Below, in pieces: positions 42,988 through 51,529 of a stretch of 64,000 nucleotides of DNA (its first letter is position 1; every line of letters begins with the position of its first letter). A program made the translations under genes and the position numbers. The notes under the pieces were generated by a model. It saw only the letters and a list, made by a program, of their open reading frames with translations, was not told the origin of the DNA and ran no database searches. Source of the stretch: Pseudomonadales bacterium (GTDB lineage Bacteria > Pseudomonadota > Gammaproteobacteria > Pseudomonadales > Azotimanducaceae); contig JAVJTA010000021.1 in NCBI GenBank assembly GCA_040219135.1, positions 75,628-139,627 of the forward strand, written 5' to 3'.

Positions 42988-44175
42988 CTAGTCACGGGCG
43001 TGCACGGCGCCCGATCCGATGAGTCCTTCGCGGCGCGCTGCGTCGTATCCAAGCGCCTCGAGAATTTCCAAGCTGTGCTCACCGAACTGTGGCGCGGGTG
43101 CGGTGATCGCCGCCGGCGAGTCGCTGAAGCGGGCTGCGGGTACTGCCTGGCGCACCTCGCCGAAGCCCTCGAACTCGATACGCAGGATGGATTCGTTGGC
43201 CCGGACCTGTTCGTGATCGAGCAGCTCCATACGCGTGAGCAGCGGCGCGCTGGGCACGTCATGCTCGTCGAGGCGTGCCAGGATCTCGCTTCGCGGCCAC
43301 TTGGCGATCTCCTCGGCCATGATGCGCTTGCGCTCGTCCGCGTTCTGACCCCGGGCCCGGGGCGTTGCGAAGCGTTCGTCCTCGATCAGGTCCTCCCGAT
43401 CGAGCGCCCGGCACATGCCCACCCACTCCTTCGTGGAGATGGCGCCGGCGGTGATGAAGCCATCCCGGGTCTCGAACACCAGATCCATGCTGCCCTGGCC
43501 ACGGGTCACGTCGTACTCCTTGTCAGCGAAGGTGAGCCCGCCCATGCCCTCGGGCCAGAAAAAGGCCAGCATGGTCTCCAGCATCGACAGCCTGATGTGC
43601 TGCCCACGGCCCGTGCGTTCGCGATGGAACAGGGCTGAGGAGATGGCCTGCGCCGCGGTGACCGAGGTGACCTTGTCAGCGATGATGATGCGGAACATGG
43701 CGGGCTTTCCCGTCTCCCGGTTGGACTGAATGTCGGTGGCGCCGGAAAGCGCCTGGATCACCGGGTCATAGACCCGCTTGTGCGCATACGGGCCGTGCTC
43801 GCCGAAACCGCTGATGGAGACGTAGATGATCCTGTCGTTGAGGTCACGCACCTGCGGCTCGTCGAAACCCATGCGCGCCATCGCCCCGGGGCGGAAATTC
43901 TGGATCAGCACGTCGGTCTCGCGGATGAGATCCGCCAGCACCGCCTTGCCCGGGTCGCTCTTCAGATCCAGAACGATGGATCGTTTGCCGCGGTTGCAGG
44001 AGAAGAACATGGCGCTGACACCGTTGTGCGGCGCGCCCAGATGGCGCATCTGCTCGCCGCCCGGCGGTTCCACCTTGATCACGTCCGCGCCCTGATCGGC
44101 GAGCATCATCGCCGCCATCGGGCCGGACACCATGGTGGTGAGATCGAGAACCTTGATTCCGGACAACGGTCCCAT
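42988..44175 (-). CDS. CaiB/BaiF family (type III) CoA-transferase
   Basis: 395 aa starting GPLSGIKVLDLTTMVSGPMAAMMLADQGADVIKVEPPGG ... NRGKRSIVLDLK ... DVLIQNFRPG. Confidence 0.9.
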   Translation of the reverse strand: MGPLSGIKVLDLTTMVSGPMAAMMLADQGADVIKVEPPGGEQMRHLGAPHNGVSAMFFSCNRGKRSIVLDLKSDPGKAVLADLIRETDVLIQNFRPGAMARMGFDEPQVRDLNDRIIYVSISGFGEHGPYAHKRVYDPVIQALSGATDIQSNRETGKPAMFRIIIADKVTSVTAAQAISSALFHRERTGRGQHIRLSMLETMLAFFWPEGMGGLTFADKEYDVTRGQGSMDLVFETRDGFITAGAISTKEWVGMCRALDREDLIEDERFATPRARGQNADERKRIMAEEIAKWPRSEILARLDEHDVPSAPLLTRMELLDHEQVRANESILRIEFEGFGEVRQAVPAARFSDSPAAITAPAPQFGEHSLEILEALGYDAARREGLIGSGAVHARD

Positions 44176-44178
44176 GAC

Positions 44179-44823
44179 TCAGCCTCCCGATTTGAAGTTG
44201 ACCGCGACCGCGCGCCGGTATCCCTCCCGCTCGCCGATGCGCCTGCGGTAGGCATCGAGACCCGCCGGCAGATCGACTCCGTAGGCACGGGCCCACGCCA
44301 GGCAGGTCGTCAGCAGAATGTCCGCAAGACCAAAGCCGCCGGCCATGACGTGATCGCGGTCCGCCAACTGGCCATCCACCACGCCCAGGTGTTTCTGCGC
44401 GTACTCCCGCGCGGAAGATACTGCGGCCGGCGCCTCTCCGTAGAGGTGTTTCAGATCGCCGTGACGGCGCATCACGTAGAGGCTGGTTTCATCCAGCTCT
44501 CCGTAGATGTAACAGCACCATTCGTCTTCGCGCGCCCGGTCGCGCGCCGTGTCCGGCCGATAGATCGCGTCCCCCGGGTAGTTCTCGATCAGGTACCGGC
44601 AGATGGCCACGCTCTCCGACAGGCGGAAGTCGCCATCCACCATCACGGGAATCTTCTGCTTGGGATTCAACCGGGTGTACTGCTCGGTCCGGGTCTCACC
44701 CGTGCGCGGACCGATGGGCGCCAGCTCGTAGGGCACGCCCAGCTCCTCCGCCACCCAGATGGGCCGCAGCGTCCGGCTGGTGCCAGCGCCCCAGAGTCGA
44801 ATCGGGTCGGGCATGGGACTCAC
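44179..44823 (-). CDS. Glutathione S-transferase family protein
   Basis: 214 aa. Thioredoxin-like N-domain (LNPKQKIPVMVDGDFRLSESVAICRYL) plus a helical C-domain. A 3-nt gap separates it from the CoA-transferase start. Confidence 0.9.
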   Translation of the reverse strand: MSPMPDPIRLWGAGTSRTLRPIWVAEELGVPYELAPIGPRTGETRTEQYTRLNPKQKIPVMVDGDFRLSESVAICRYLIENYPGDAIYRPDTARDRAREDEWCCYIYGELDETSLYVMRRHGDLKHLYGEAPAAVSSAREYAQKHLGVVDGQLADRDHVMAGGFGLADILLTTCLAWARAYGVDLPAGLDAYRRRIGEREGYRRAVAVNFKSGG

Positions 44824-44908
44824 CGCGGTGGATCCAGTACCCGGGAATGTACGCTCCGGCTCGACCGAACGAAATCGGCTCGGTCGGTTCCGGTAGTCCC
44901 GGCCATGC

Positions 44909-45295
44909 TCAGAAGAACGTAACGATTCCCCAAACCGACGCCACCAGGATCGTCAGAGACGTCAGTCCGGCGCCCAGACCTCGCAACGGGTTCCGGACGT
45001 TCTCCCCGAAGCCGGCCCAGTGGAGCATGCGCCCGACGACCAGCGCCGCGCCGAGGGCGTGAATCGCCATGCCCGAAACGCCCTGCATCTCCAGCAGCCC
45101 GATCAGAATCAGCGCCAGTGGAACGTTCTCCACGAAGTTGGCGTGCCGGCGCATGCGCATGAGCAATTCCGGGTTGCCCCCATCGCCGATGGAGATCCCC
45201 TGCCTGGCACGAAAGATGCCCGCCGTCGCTCCGAGACCGATCGCCATGATCCCCAGCACGCCCGCATACAGAATCGTACTCTCCGGAACCGCCAT
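44909..45295 (-). CDS. MAPEG family membrane protein
   Basis: 128 aa from MAVPESTILYAGVLGIMAIGLG. Contains RMRRHANFVENVPLALILIGLLE, typical of MAPEG. The upstream part of the track ORF is Arg-rich shadow sequence. Confidence 0.8.
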   Translation of the reverse strand: MAVPESTILYAGVLGIMAIGLGATAGIFRARQGISIGDGGNPELLMRMRRHANFVENVPLALILIGLLEMQGVSGMAIHALGAALVVGRMLHWAGFGENVRNPLRGLGAGLTSLTILVASVWGIVTFF

Positions 45296-45465
45296 AGCGT
45301 ATCTCCCCCTGTCCCAGATGCATCGCCCGCGACGGGCAACCGGCCTTCCCCGGGGCCTGCGAGCACGCCGGCACCGGCGCAACTCTGCAACGGCGCTGAC
45401 AAGACGGCCGTGGGAGCCCGGCTTACAATCCCTCGGCAGCGGCTCATCTCAACGGGGGAATCGAC

Positions 45466-46455
45466 ATGAAGCTCAATATCGGCCGACTGGTCTCGGCGTG
45501 CCTTGCCATGGCGTTCGGATTCACGACCCTGAACGCGACCGCCGATCCGTTTGCCGTCACCCGGGCCCAGTTCGATCAGTGGATGACGGACATCTCCAAC
45601 TGGGGCCGATGGGGCACCGACGACGAACTCGGCACGCTCAATCTCATCACGCCGGAAAAGCGCGTCGCGGCGGCGCGGCTGGTGACGGACGGCGTTTCGG
45701 TGTCGCTGGCACTCGAGTTGAACAAGCAACAGGACGCCCTGAACGCGAATCCGCTGAAGCACGAGCTCGCCGTGGGTACCTTCGGCGGTCACGAAGTCGC
45801 CGGCGACTCGTACAGCATCGAGTACCACGGCTTCGCCCATTCTCACATCGACGGCCTGCCCCACTTTGCGCACGGCGGCAGGATGTACAACGGCTTCAGC
45901 GTCGACACGCTCAAGCCCACCGGTGCCGAACGGCTCGGCGTGGAGAATTTTCACCAGGGCATCTTCACGCGCGGCGTGCTGATCGACGTTCCCTGGCTCA
46001 AAGGCGTGGAGTACCTCGAGCCAGGCACGGTGATCACCCGCGACGATCTCGAAGCGTTCGAGAAGAAGACGGGCACCCGCGTACAGAGCGGCGATGTGCT
46101 GCTCATCCGCACGGGCCGCTGGGAACGCATCCGGCAGAAGGGTCAGTGGAACTTCCTGGAATCCGCCGCCGGATCCCACGCCTCGATCGCCCTGTGGCTC
46201 AAGGCGCGCGACGTCGCGGTGATCGGCTCGGACGGGGTCAGCGACGTGATGCCGTCCCACGTGGAAGGACTCGTGAACCCGCTGCACGAACTGGTACTCG
46301 TGGGCCTCGGCATGCCCATCCTCGACAACCTTGACCTCGATGCCCTCGCGCAGCAGGCGCGCGCGAGCCAGCGCTGGGAGTTCCTGTTCGTGGGCGCGCC
46401 GTTGCGCGTTCCGGGCGGCACCGGCTCGCCGCTGAATCCGCTGGCGCTCTACTGA
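45466..46455 (+). CDS. Exported cyclase family (kynurenine formamidase-like) protein
   Basis: 329 aa with a signal peptide. Contains WGTDDELGTLN and a His-rich metal motif HGFAHSHIDGLPHF. GGGGGAA SD. Confidence 0.85.
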   Translation: MKLNIGRLVSACLAMAFGFTTLNATADPFAVTRAQFDQWMTDISNWGRWGTDDELGTLNLITPEKRVAAARLVTDGVSVSLALELNKQQDALNANPLKHELAVGTFGGHEVAGDSYSIEYHGFAHSHIDGLPHFAHGGRMYNGFSVDTLKPTGAERLGVENFHQGIFTRGVLIDVPWLKGVEYLEPGTVITRDDLEAFEKKTGTRVQSGDVLLIRTGRWERIRQKGQWNFLESAAGSHASIALWLKARDVAVIGSDGVSDVMPSHVEGLVNPLHELVLVGLGMPILDNLDLDALAQQARASQRWEFLFVGAPLRVPGGTGSPLNPLALY

Positions 46456-46516
46456 GTCGGCGTCGATCCGCGGCGGGCGTCGTGTCGGTCGGTACCAGGT
46501 TGGACGGGGGCGTGAC

Positions 46517-47299
46517 TCATCGCGGGGAACGCCCGTAGACGAGCCCGAGCCCCTGTGCCCGGTAACCGAGCAGGACGAGGAGTTCGTCCGAGGCGCCGTC
46601 GATGACCTCGTCGTCCAGGGACAGGAACCAGTTCTCCTGGGTCCGGTAGATGGGGCGCGTGTACCAGCCAAAGAGTGCGGCCCGGGGAGCGCTGGAACGA
46701 TTGCAGCCGGTCCGGTGCCAGACCCGGCTTTCGATCACCATCAGCGTCCCCGCCGGAGCGATGACCGGTTGCCCTGTTTCATCGAGCTCCGCCTGGGTCA
46801 GCTCAGCATCGGCCGCCAGGTGACTTGCCGCAACGACTTCGGTCGCGCCATTGTCCGCCGCGTAATCATCCAGCAGCCAGGCGACGTTCATACCCTGGGG
46901 CACCGGTGGCCAGGGCTTGGGCACGAACAGCTGGTCCTGGTGCCACATGCCTCCGCCGTTCCCGGGTGCCGCGATGTTCGCGGACAGGTTACCGAGCAAG
47001 GCAGGCCAGCCGATGACGTCACGGAGCAGTTCCAGCACGGCCGGCAGTTGCACCAGTTCCGCGAACACCGGGTGCCGGTTCAGGATGTTCCAGACGCGGA
47101 TGTTGCCCTCACCGTAGTCCAGGCCGAAGCGATCGGCCTCGCGACCGAGTCGCGCGTCTTCCTGCGCGCCCGCGTAGGTCGCATCCCGGGCTGTGCGGAG
47201 TTGTTCATCGGAGAGCTGGCCCGACAGCAGCGCCAGGCCATACTGGCGGATATCTGCCTTCGCCTGCTTCAGATCGTCGGTTACAGGTGGCAGCGTCAC
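46517..47299 (-). CDS. Phytanoyl-CoA dioxygenase (PhyH) family protein
   Basis: The GTG with top base at 47299 lies 1 nt after the upstream SDR stop. 260 aa with MWHQDQ, ADNGATEVVAASH and VWHRTGCN blocks. Confidence 0.8.
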   Translation of the reverse strand: MTLPPVTDDLKQAKADIRQYGLALLSGQLSDEQLRTARDATYAGAQEDARLGREADRFGLDYGEGNIRVWNILNRHPVFAELVQLPAVLELLRDVIGWPALLGNLSANIAAPGNGGGMWHQDQLFVPKPWPPVPQGMNVAWLLDDYAADNGATEVVAASHLAADAELTQAELDETGQPVIAPAGTLMVIESRVWHRTGCNRSSAPRAALFGWYTRPIYRTQENWFLSLDDEVIDGASDELLVLLGYRAQGLGLVYGRSPR

Positions 47300-47300
47300 T

Positions 47301-48092
47301 TCAGGATTCCTGGAAGCCGGCAAGAAACGGCCGCAGATTGGGATACCCGGTCGTCTCCCAGGCGCCATCCACAAAAAGATTCGAGCCGGAGATGTATCCC
47401 GCATCGTCGCTGGCAAGAAACAGTGCCGCCACCGCCATGTCCTCCGGCGTACCCCAGCGGTTCATCGGGATGCGTTCCAGGAAAGTCGATTCCAGACCCT
47501 GGAACTCCTTGAAGGCCGCGGTGAGCGGCGTGTCGGTCAGGCCGGGGGATACCGTGTTGACCCGGATCTTCTTCACCGCCAGCTCGAGGGCTGCGTTGCG
47601 CGACAGCATCTCGACCCCCGCCTTCGCGCAGGCATACGCGGCTCCACCGATCATGGGCACGTGGCTGTTCAGCGAGGCGATATTGACGATCGCGCCACCA
47701 CCGGATGCCGCCATGGCGCCAGCCTCGTGCTTCACCGAAAGGAAGACTCCCTTCAAGCAGACATCGACGGTGGTATCCCAGTCCTCCTCCGAGAGGTCGA
47801 TGATCTCACCAGGCACGCTGAGTCCCGCGCAGTTGAATCCCAGATCGAGCCTGCCGAACCCGTCGACCGCAAGCGCGACCATGGCGCGGATCCGGGACTC
47901 GTCGCGGACATCCACTACGATCGTCGCCACTCGGTCACCCAGTTCCCGTTGCGCGGATGCCAGCGACGCCGGGTTGACGTCGGCAATGACCGCACGGCCG
48001 CCTTCCGCCACCAGCCGGCCGACGATGGCAAGACCGATTCCCGATGCACCGCCCGTGACGACGGCGACCTTCCCTGCAAAACGCTCGCCCAT
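47301..48092 (-). CDS. SDR family oxidoreductase
   Basis: 263 aa with VTGGASGIG, NCAG and YACAKAGV motifs. Confidence 0.9.
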   Translation of the reverse strand: MGERFAGKVAVVTGGASGIGLAIVGRLVAEGGRAVIADVNPASLASAQRELGDRVATIVVDVRDESRIRAMVALAVDGFGRLDLGFNCAGLSVPGEIIDLSEEDWDTTVDVCLKGVFLSVKHEAGAMAASGGGAIVNIASLNSHVPMIGGAAYACAKAGVEMLSRNAALELAVKKIRVNTVSPGLTDTPLTAAFKEFQGLESTFLERIPMNRWGTPEDMAVAALFLASDDAGYISGSNLFVDGAWETTGYPNLRPFLAGFQES

Positions 48093-48131
48093 GGTTTCCG
48101 GCTCCTGGTCTACTGCGCCACGCTAGGGAAC

Positions 48132-50150
48132 CTAGCGCGCCATCGGGTCAGGGCGCAGCTGTACCTTGCCGACGTAGGACTTCGGCACCTCGGAATGGTG
48201 AATCGGGTCACCGCCGTTCGTGAACCAGAGTCCCCGGCCCTTCCAGCCGGCCTTCGCGTCATCGATGCGGCCGTCCAGGCCACGGGTGAAGGCGTTCAGG
48301 GGATAGGGAATTCTGATGACGGTGAACTGTTCCGTCTGCTGATCGAACGCGAGCAGCGAATCGGACCCGGTCCCGTTCAGGACCACGACGTTTTCCCCGA
48401 GGCCCAGCGTGTCGAACTGGTCGACGAACAGGTAGTAGTGGAAGTCTGCACCCAGTTCCGTGTCCCCGCCGTCCGGGGTCTTCATGACCGGGCCCGGACT
48501 GCGGTACAGGGTCCAGCCTTCCGGGCACTGGTCTCCGACACCCCAGTGCCGGCTGCACTTCGAGCGATCGAACCGGGCCAGGTGGCCGCTGCCCCCCATG
48601 GCGGCCCAGATGATGCCGTTGCCGTCCACGTCCACGCCCCTCGGACCTGCGCCCGGTGAAGGGGGCACGTAGGTTTCGACGCTGCCGGTCGCCGGGTCAT
48701 AGCGGATCAGCCGGCCCCGGTAATCGGGACTCACCCCGGGGTCGCCGCCCGGCTGCGCGGTCCAGATGCTGCCGTCCACCGGATTGGGAATGATGCCGTA
48801 GTTGAACCCGACGAGGGCCGTGTCCGGCTTCGCGTCACCGTCGCTGTCGACGATGGTTTCCACCCAGCCCTGTGCCGCCTCGAGGCTCGCCGGCTTCGAC
48901 GGATCGTACTTCGCCGGATCGAACCAGCCGATGACGAAGGAATCGCCGCTGGTCCAGAGCACGCCGTTGTCATCGAACTGCAGGTGATGGGTGCCGTAGC
49001 AGGTGTCGATCAGCTGGAAGCTGCCGTTCCCCGGTTCGAAGTACCCAAGCTGTCGATGGTGATAGCGCCCTTTGATGGCGGGCGCATCACGGCAGAAGGC
49101 GGGCAGGTCCGCATCCCACTCCCGGCGCACCTGGGTCGTGATCCAGACCCTGCCCTGCGCGTCCAGCATCGGGTTGTGCGGGTTGGCGGGGTTGTCGTAC
49201 CTGCCTTCGAAAGGCGTCATGCCCGGTTCGACCGGGCAGCCGAGCGAGCCGAATCCCATGGGGATGACCGTAGCACCGGTACCCAGCATGGCGCCCTGGT
49301 AGGTCTGCTTGCACCAGGGTGTGGAGAAATCGCCGAGGGTCGGCACCGCGTGTGCGGACGCCGTGTGAGACACCGGGTCCACGATCAGCAGTCGGTCGTT
49401 GGCCAGGTCCACGCCGTAGATCGGGCCATTCGCGTAGCGGGTCGGCTGACGCTTGTCGGTCGCGATCTCGTCATGGGCGTAGGTATAGGCATCGCCCCAT
49501 CCCCACTGGGTGATCACGAGGTTGCGCTCGATCCCGGCAGGTCGCGGCGGCGCCGGCGGCGTTTCGCCGGCCATGATGCGCATCGACCAGTCTTCGAGTG
49601 AATCCAGCAGTCCGTCCCGGCCGAGGCCATCGGCGGTCGCGTGCATGTAGGTCGATTTCTTCAGGCCGTGATCGAACAGGTCCCGGGTTCGGGTACGGGT
49701 GATGGCGGAACCGACCTGGTGGCACAGCTGGCAGCCCAGTTTGAAATTGCTTACCCAGCCCGTGTGATCCACCGGCGGCCTGATCATGGAGAGCCAGTAG
49801 CTCGCCGGGTAGATCGCGGCGGCGGCCTGGGCGGTTGCGGTGGTGGTCGATATTTCGAGCGGCCTGCCCGGCGTCGCAGCCAGCCTGCCGGAATCCCTGA
49901 GTCCGTAGCCCCGGACCCAGACCCGGTACTCCGCTTCGGGCAGTTCCGGTATCACGAAGCGGCCAGTGGCATCGGTCACCACGATCTTGCGATAGTCGGT
50001 CGGCAGCGACGTGGTCTCAGCGATGACCCAGACGCCACCCTCTGGATGATCGTCTCCGGACACGACGCGCCCCTCGATGAAACTGTCGGCGCCGGCTACC
50101 AGCGCATGGCCGGCGAGCACCGCGGCACACAGCCGGAGCAGAATCTTCAT
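48132..50150 (-). CDS. Exported CarboxypepD_reg-like domain protein with a single CxxCH motif and a beta-propeller-like body
   Basis: ATG with top base at 50150, after GGGGGAGG. Signal MKILLRLCAAVLAGHALVAGA. N-terminal GRVVSGDDHPEGGVWVIAE...TDATGRFVIPELPEAEYRVWV. CxxCH motif is KLGCQLCHQVGS. The remainder is rich in W/G/D repeats. Confidence 0.75.
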   Translation of the reverse strand: MKILLRLCAAVLAGHALVAGADSFIEGRVVSGDDHPEGGVWVIAETTSLPTDYRKIVVTDATGRFVIPELPEAEYRVWVRGYGLRDSGRLAATPGRPLEISTTTATAQAAAAIYPASYWLSMIRPPVDHTGWVSNFKLGCQLCHQVGSAITRTRTRDLFDHGLKKSTYMHATADGLGRDGLLDSLEDWSMRIMAGETPPAPPRPAGIERNLVITQWGWGDAYTYAHDEIATDKRQPTRYANGPIYGVDLANDRLLIVDPVSHTASAHAVPTLGDFSTPWCKQTYQGAMLGTGATVIPMGFGSLGCPVEPGMTPFEGRYDNPANPHNPMLDAQGRVWITTQVRREWDADLPAFCRDAPAIKGRYHHRQLGYFEPGNGSFQLIDTCYGTHHLQFDDNGVLWTSGDSFVIGWFDPAKYDPSKPASLEAAQGWVETIVDSDGDAKPDTALVGFNYGIIPNPVDGSIWTAQPGGDPGVSPDYRGRLIRYDPATGSVETYVPPSPGAGPRGVDVDGNGIIWAAMGGSGHLARFDRSKCSRHWGVGDQCPEGWTLYRSPGPVMKTPDGGDTELGADFHYYLFVDQFDTLGLGENVVVLNGTGSDSLLAFDQQTEQFTVIRIPYPLNAFTRGLDGRIDDAKAGWKGRGLWFTNGGDPIHHSEVPKSYVGKVQLRPDPMAR

Positions 50151-50170
50151 GGCCTCCCCCTCACGCAAGC

Positions 50171-51529
50171 TTACGCCGGCACGGTCGCCGAATCCGCCAC
50201 CCAGTTACCGTGAAAGCCGTATGGCACCCGGACCGGCAGGTGCACGCGGGCCAGCGGCGGGCGCGTCAGATCCCGCGCATCGAGAATGACCAGGTCGCTG
50301 GTCTGAGTGCCTGCATCGAATACGTAGGTCAGCAGATAGCCATCGTCCTCCGCGGCAGCGCCCTGCCGGGGAACGAATACGGGTTCGGCGGCGTGCTGTC
50401 CTGGCCCCACGGAAAACTCGGTAGCGGTGCCGGCCCGCACGTCGTGCTTGTAGATGCGCGGGAATCCGTAATCCTCGAAGGCGACCGTGTAGCCGTACTG
50501 GTACGGTCTGCCGTTGCGCTGCGGATGGCAGCGCGGAAACTCCTGGGAGCGCTCGTCGATGACCTGCTCAGAGACCGTGCGCGTCGCTGGATTGATGGTC
50601 CAGCGATCCAGCCGCGGCTTGCTGTCGCCGAACGGTCCCAGGACATCCTGGTCGAACATGCGATCGTAGCGCACGATGTCCACCACCACCTCGCCGGCGG
50701 CGTTCTCGTAGGCGTTCATCGGGTGGTAGGCGTAGTTGGGCGTGAGCGGGCACCAGACGATGTCCGTTGCCTGCCCGCCGCGCGGCAGCAGGCCTACCCG
50801 TGGCTCGTGCTCGTCGTCCCAGCGGAACGGAAAGCTGGCCCCCGTACCCAGGGCGAGAAAGCTCAGCGTCACCGGCAGATCGTAGATGAGCGCGTAGTGC
50901 TCGGTCAGGCTCATGTCGTGCACCATGGGCATCGAATCCATGGGTATCGCCAGCTCACGGCTCAAGTCGCCGTCAGGGTCCACCACCACGTAGCGCAGGT
51001 GATCGCGCAGGTTGGCCCAGTCGTAGCACATGGCATGCAGTTCGCCGGTCGCCGGGTCGAGCTTCGGGTGCGCGCTGTAGCCGGTGCCGATGGACGCGTT
51101 GTCGCCCAGGTTTTCCAGCGTGTAGCTCAGATCCTGCGGCAGCGCGCCGGACTCGACGATCGCCAGCGTGTGCCCGCCAACGCCGATGACGTTGGTATTC
51201 GCGCCGCTGCCGCCGACCCGGCGACTGCGGTACCACTCGGCCTTGCCCTGGTTCAGACGCAGCCCATGCACCATGCCCTGACCGGTAAACCAGTGGTAGC
51301 CGGCTTCGGCCTCGCCCCTGGGGTTGGGGCCGTTGCGCAGAAACCGACCGGACAGTTCGGCGGGAATCGAACCGGTGACGGGCAGGTCGGCGACCGTGGT
51401 CTCGCTGTCGATCGGGCCGAAATTGCCCTGCAGATACGGGTTGTCCGCGGAGGCGGTGCGCGAGCAGGCGCTCAGCGGCAGGAACGGCAGCGCCAGGCTG
51501 CCGGTGATCAGGTTGCGGCGATTGGTCAT
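50171..51529 (-). CDS. Carotenoid oxygenase family protein with Tat-lipoprotein signal (exported copy)
   Basis: The ATG with top base at 51529 follows GGAGGAGG and overlaps the P450 stop (ATGA). N-terminus MTNRRNLITGSLALPFLPLSAC carries RR plus a lipobox. Family pattern: NPYLQGNFGPI...VTGSIPAELSGRFLRNGPNP...GMVHGLRL. Confidence 0.9.
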   Translation of the reverse strand: MTNRRNLITGSLALPFLPLSACSRTASADNPYLQGNFGPIDSETTVADLPVTGSIPAELSGRFLRNGPNPRGEAEAGYHWFTGQGMVHGLRLNQGKAEWYRSRRVGGSGANTNVIGVGGHTLAIVESGALPQDLSYTLENLGDNASIGTGYSAHPKLDPATGELHAMCYDWANLRDHLRYVVVDPDGDLSRELAIPMDSMPMVHDMSLTEHYALIYDLPVTLSFLALGTGASFPFRWDDEHEPRVGLLPRGGQATDIVWCPLTPNYAYHPMNAYENAAGEVVVDIVRYDRMFDQDVLGPFGDSKPRLDRWTINPATRTVSEQVIDERSQEFPRCHPQRNGRPYQYGYTVAFEDYGFPRIYKHDVRAGTATEFSVGPGQHAAEPVFVPRQGAAAEDDGYLLTYVFDAGTQTSDLVILDARDLTRPPLARVHLPVRVPYGFHGNWVADSATVPA

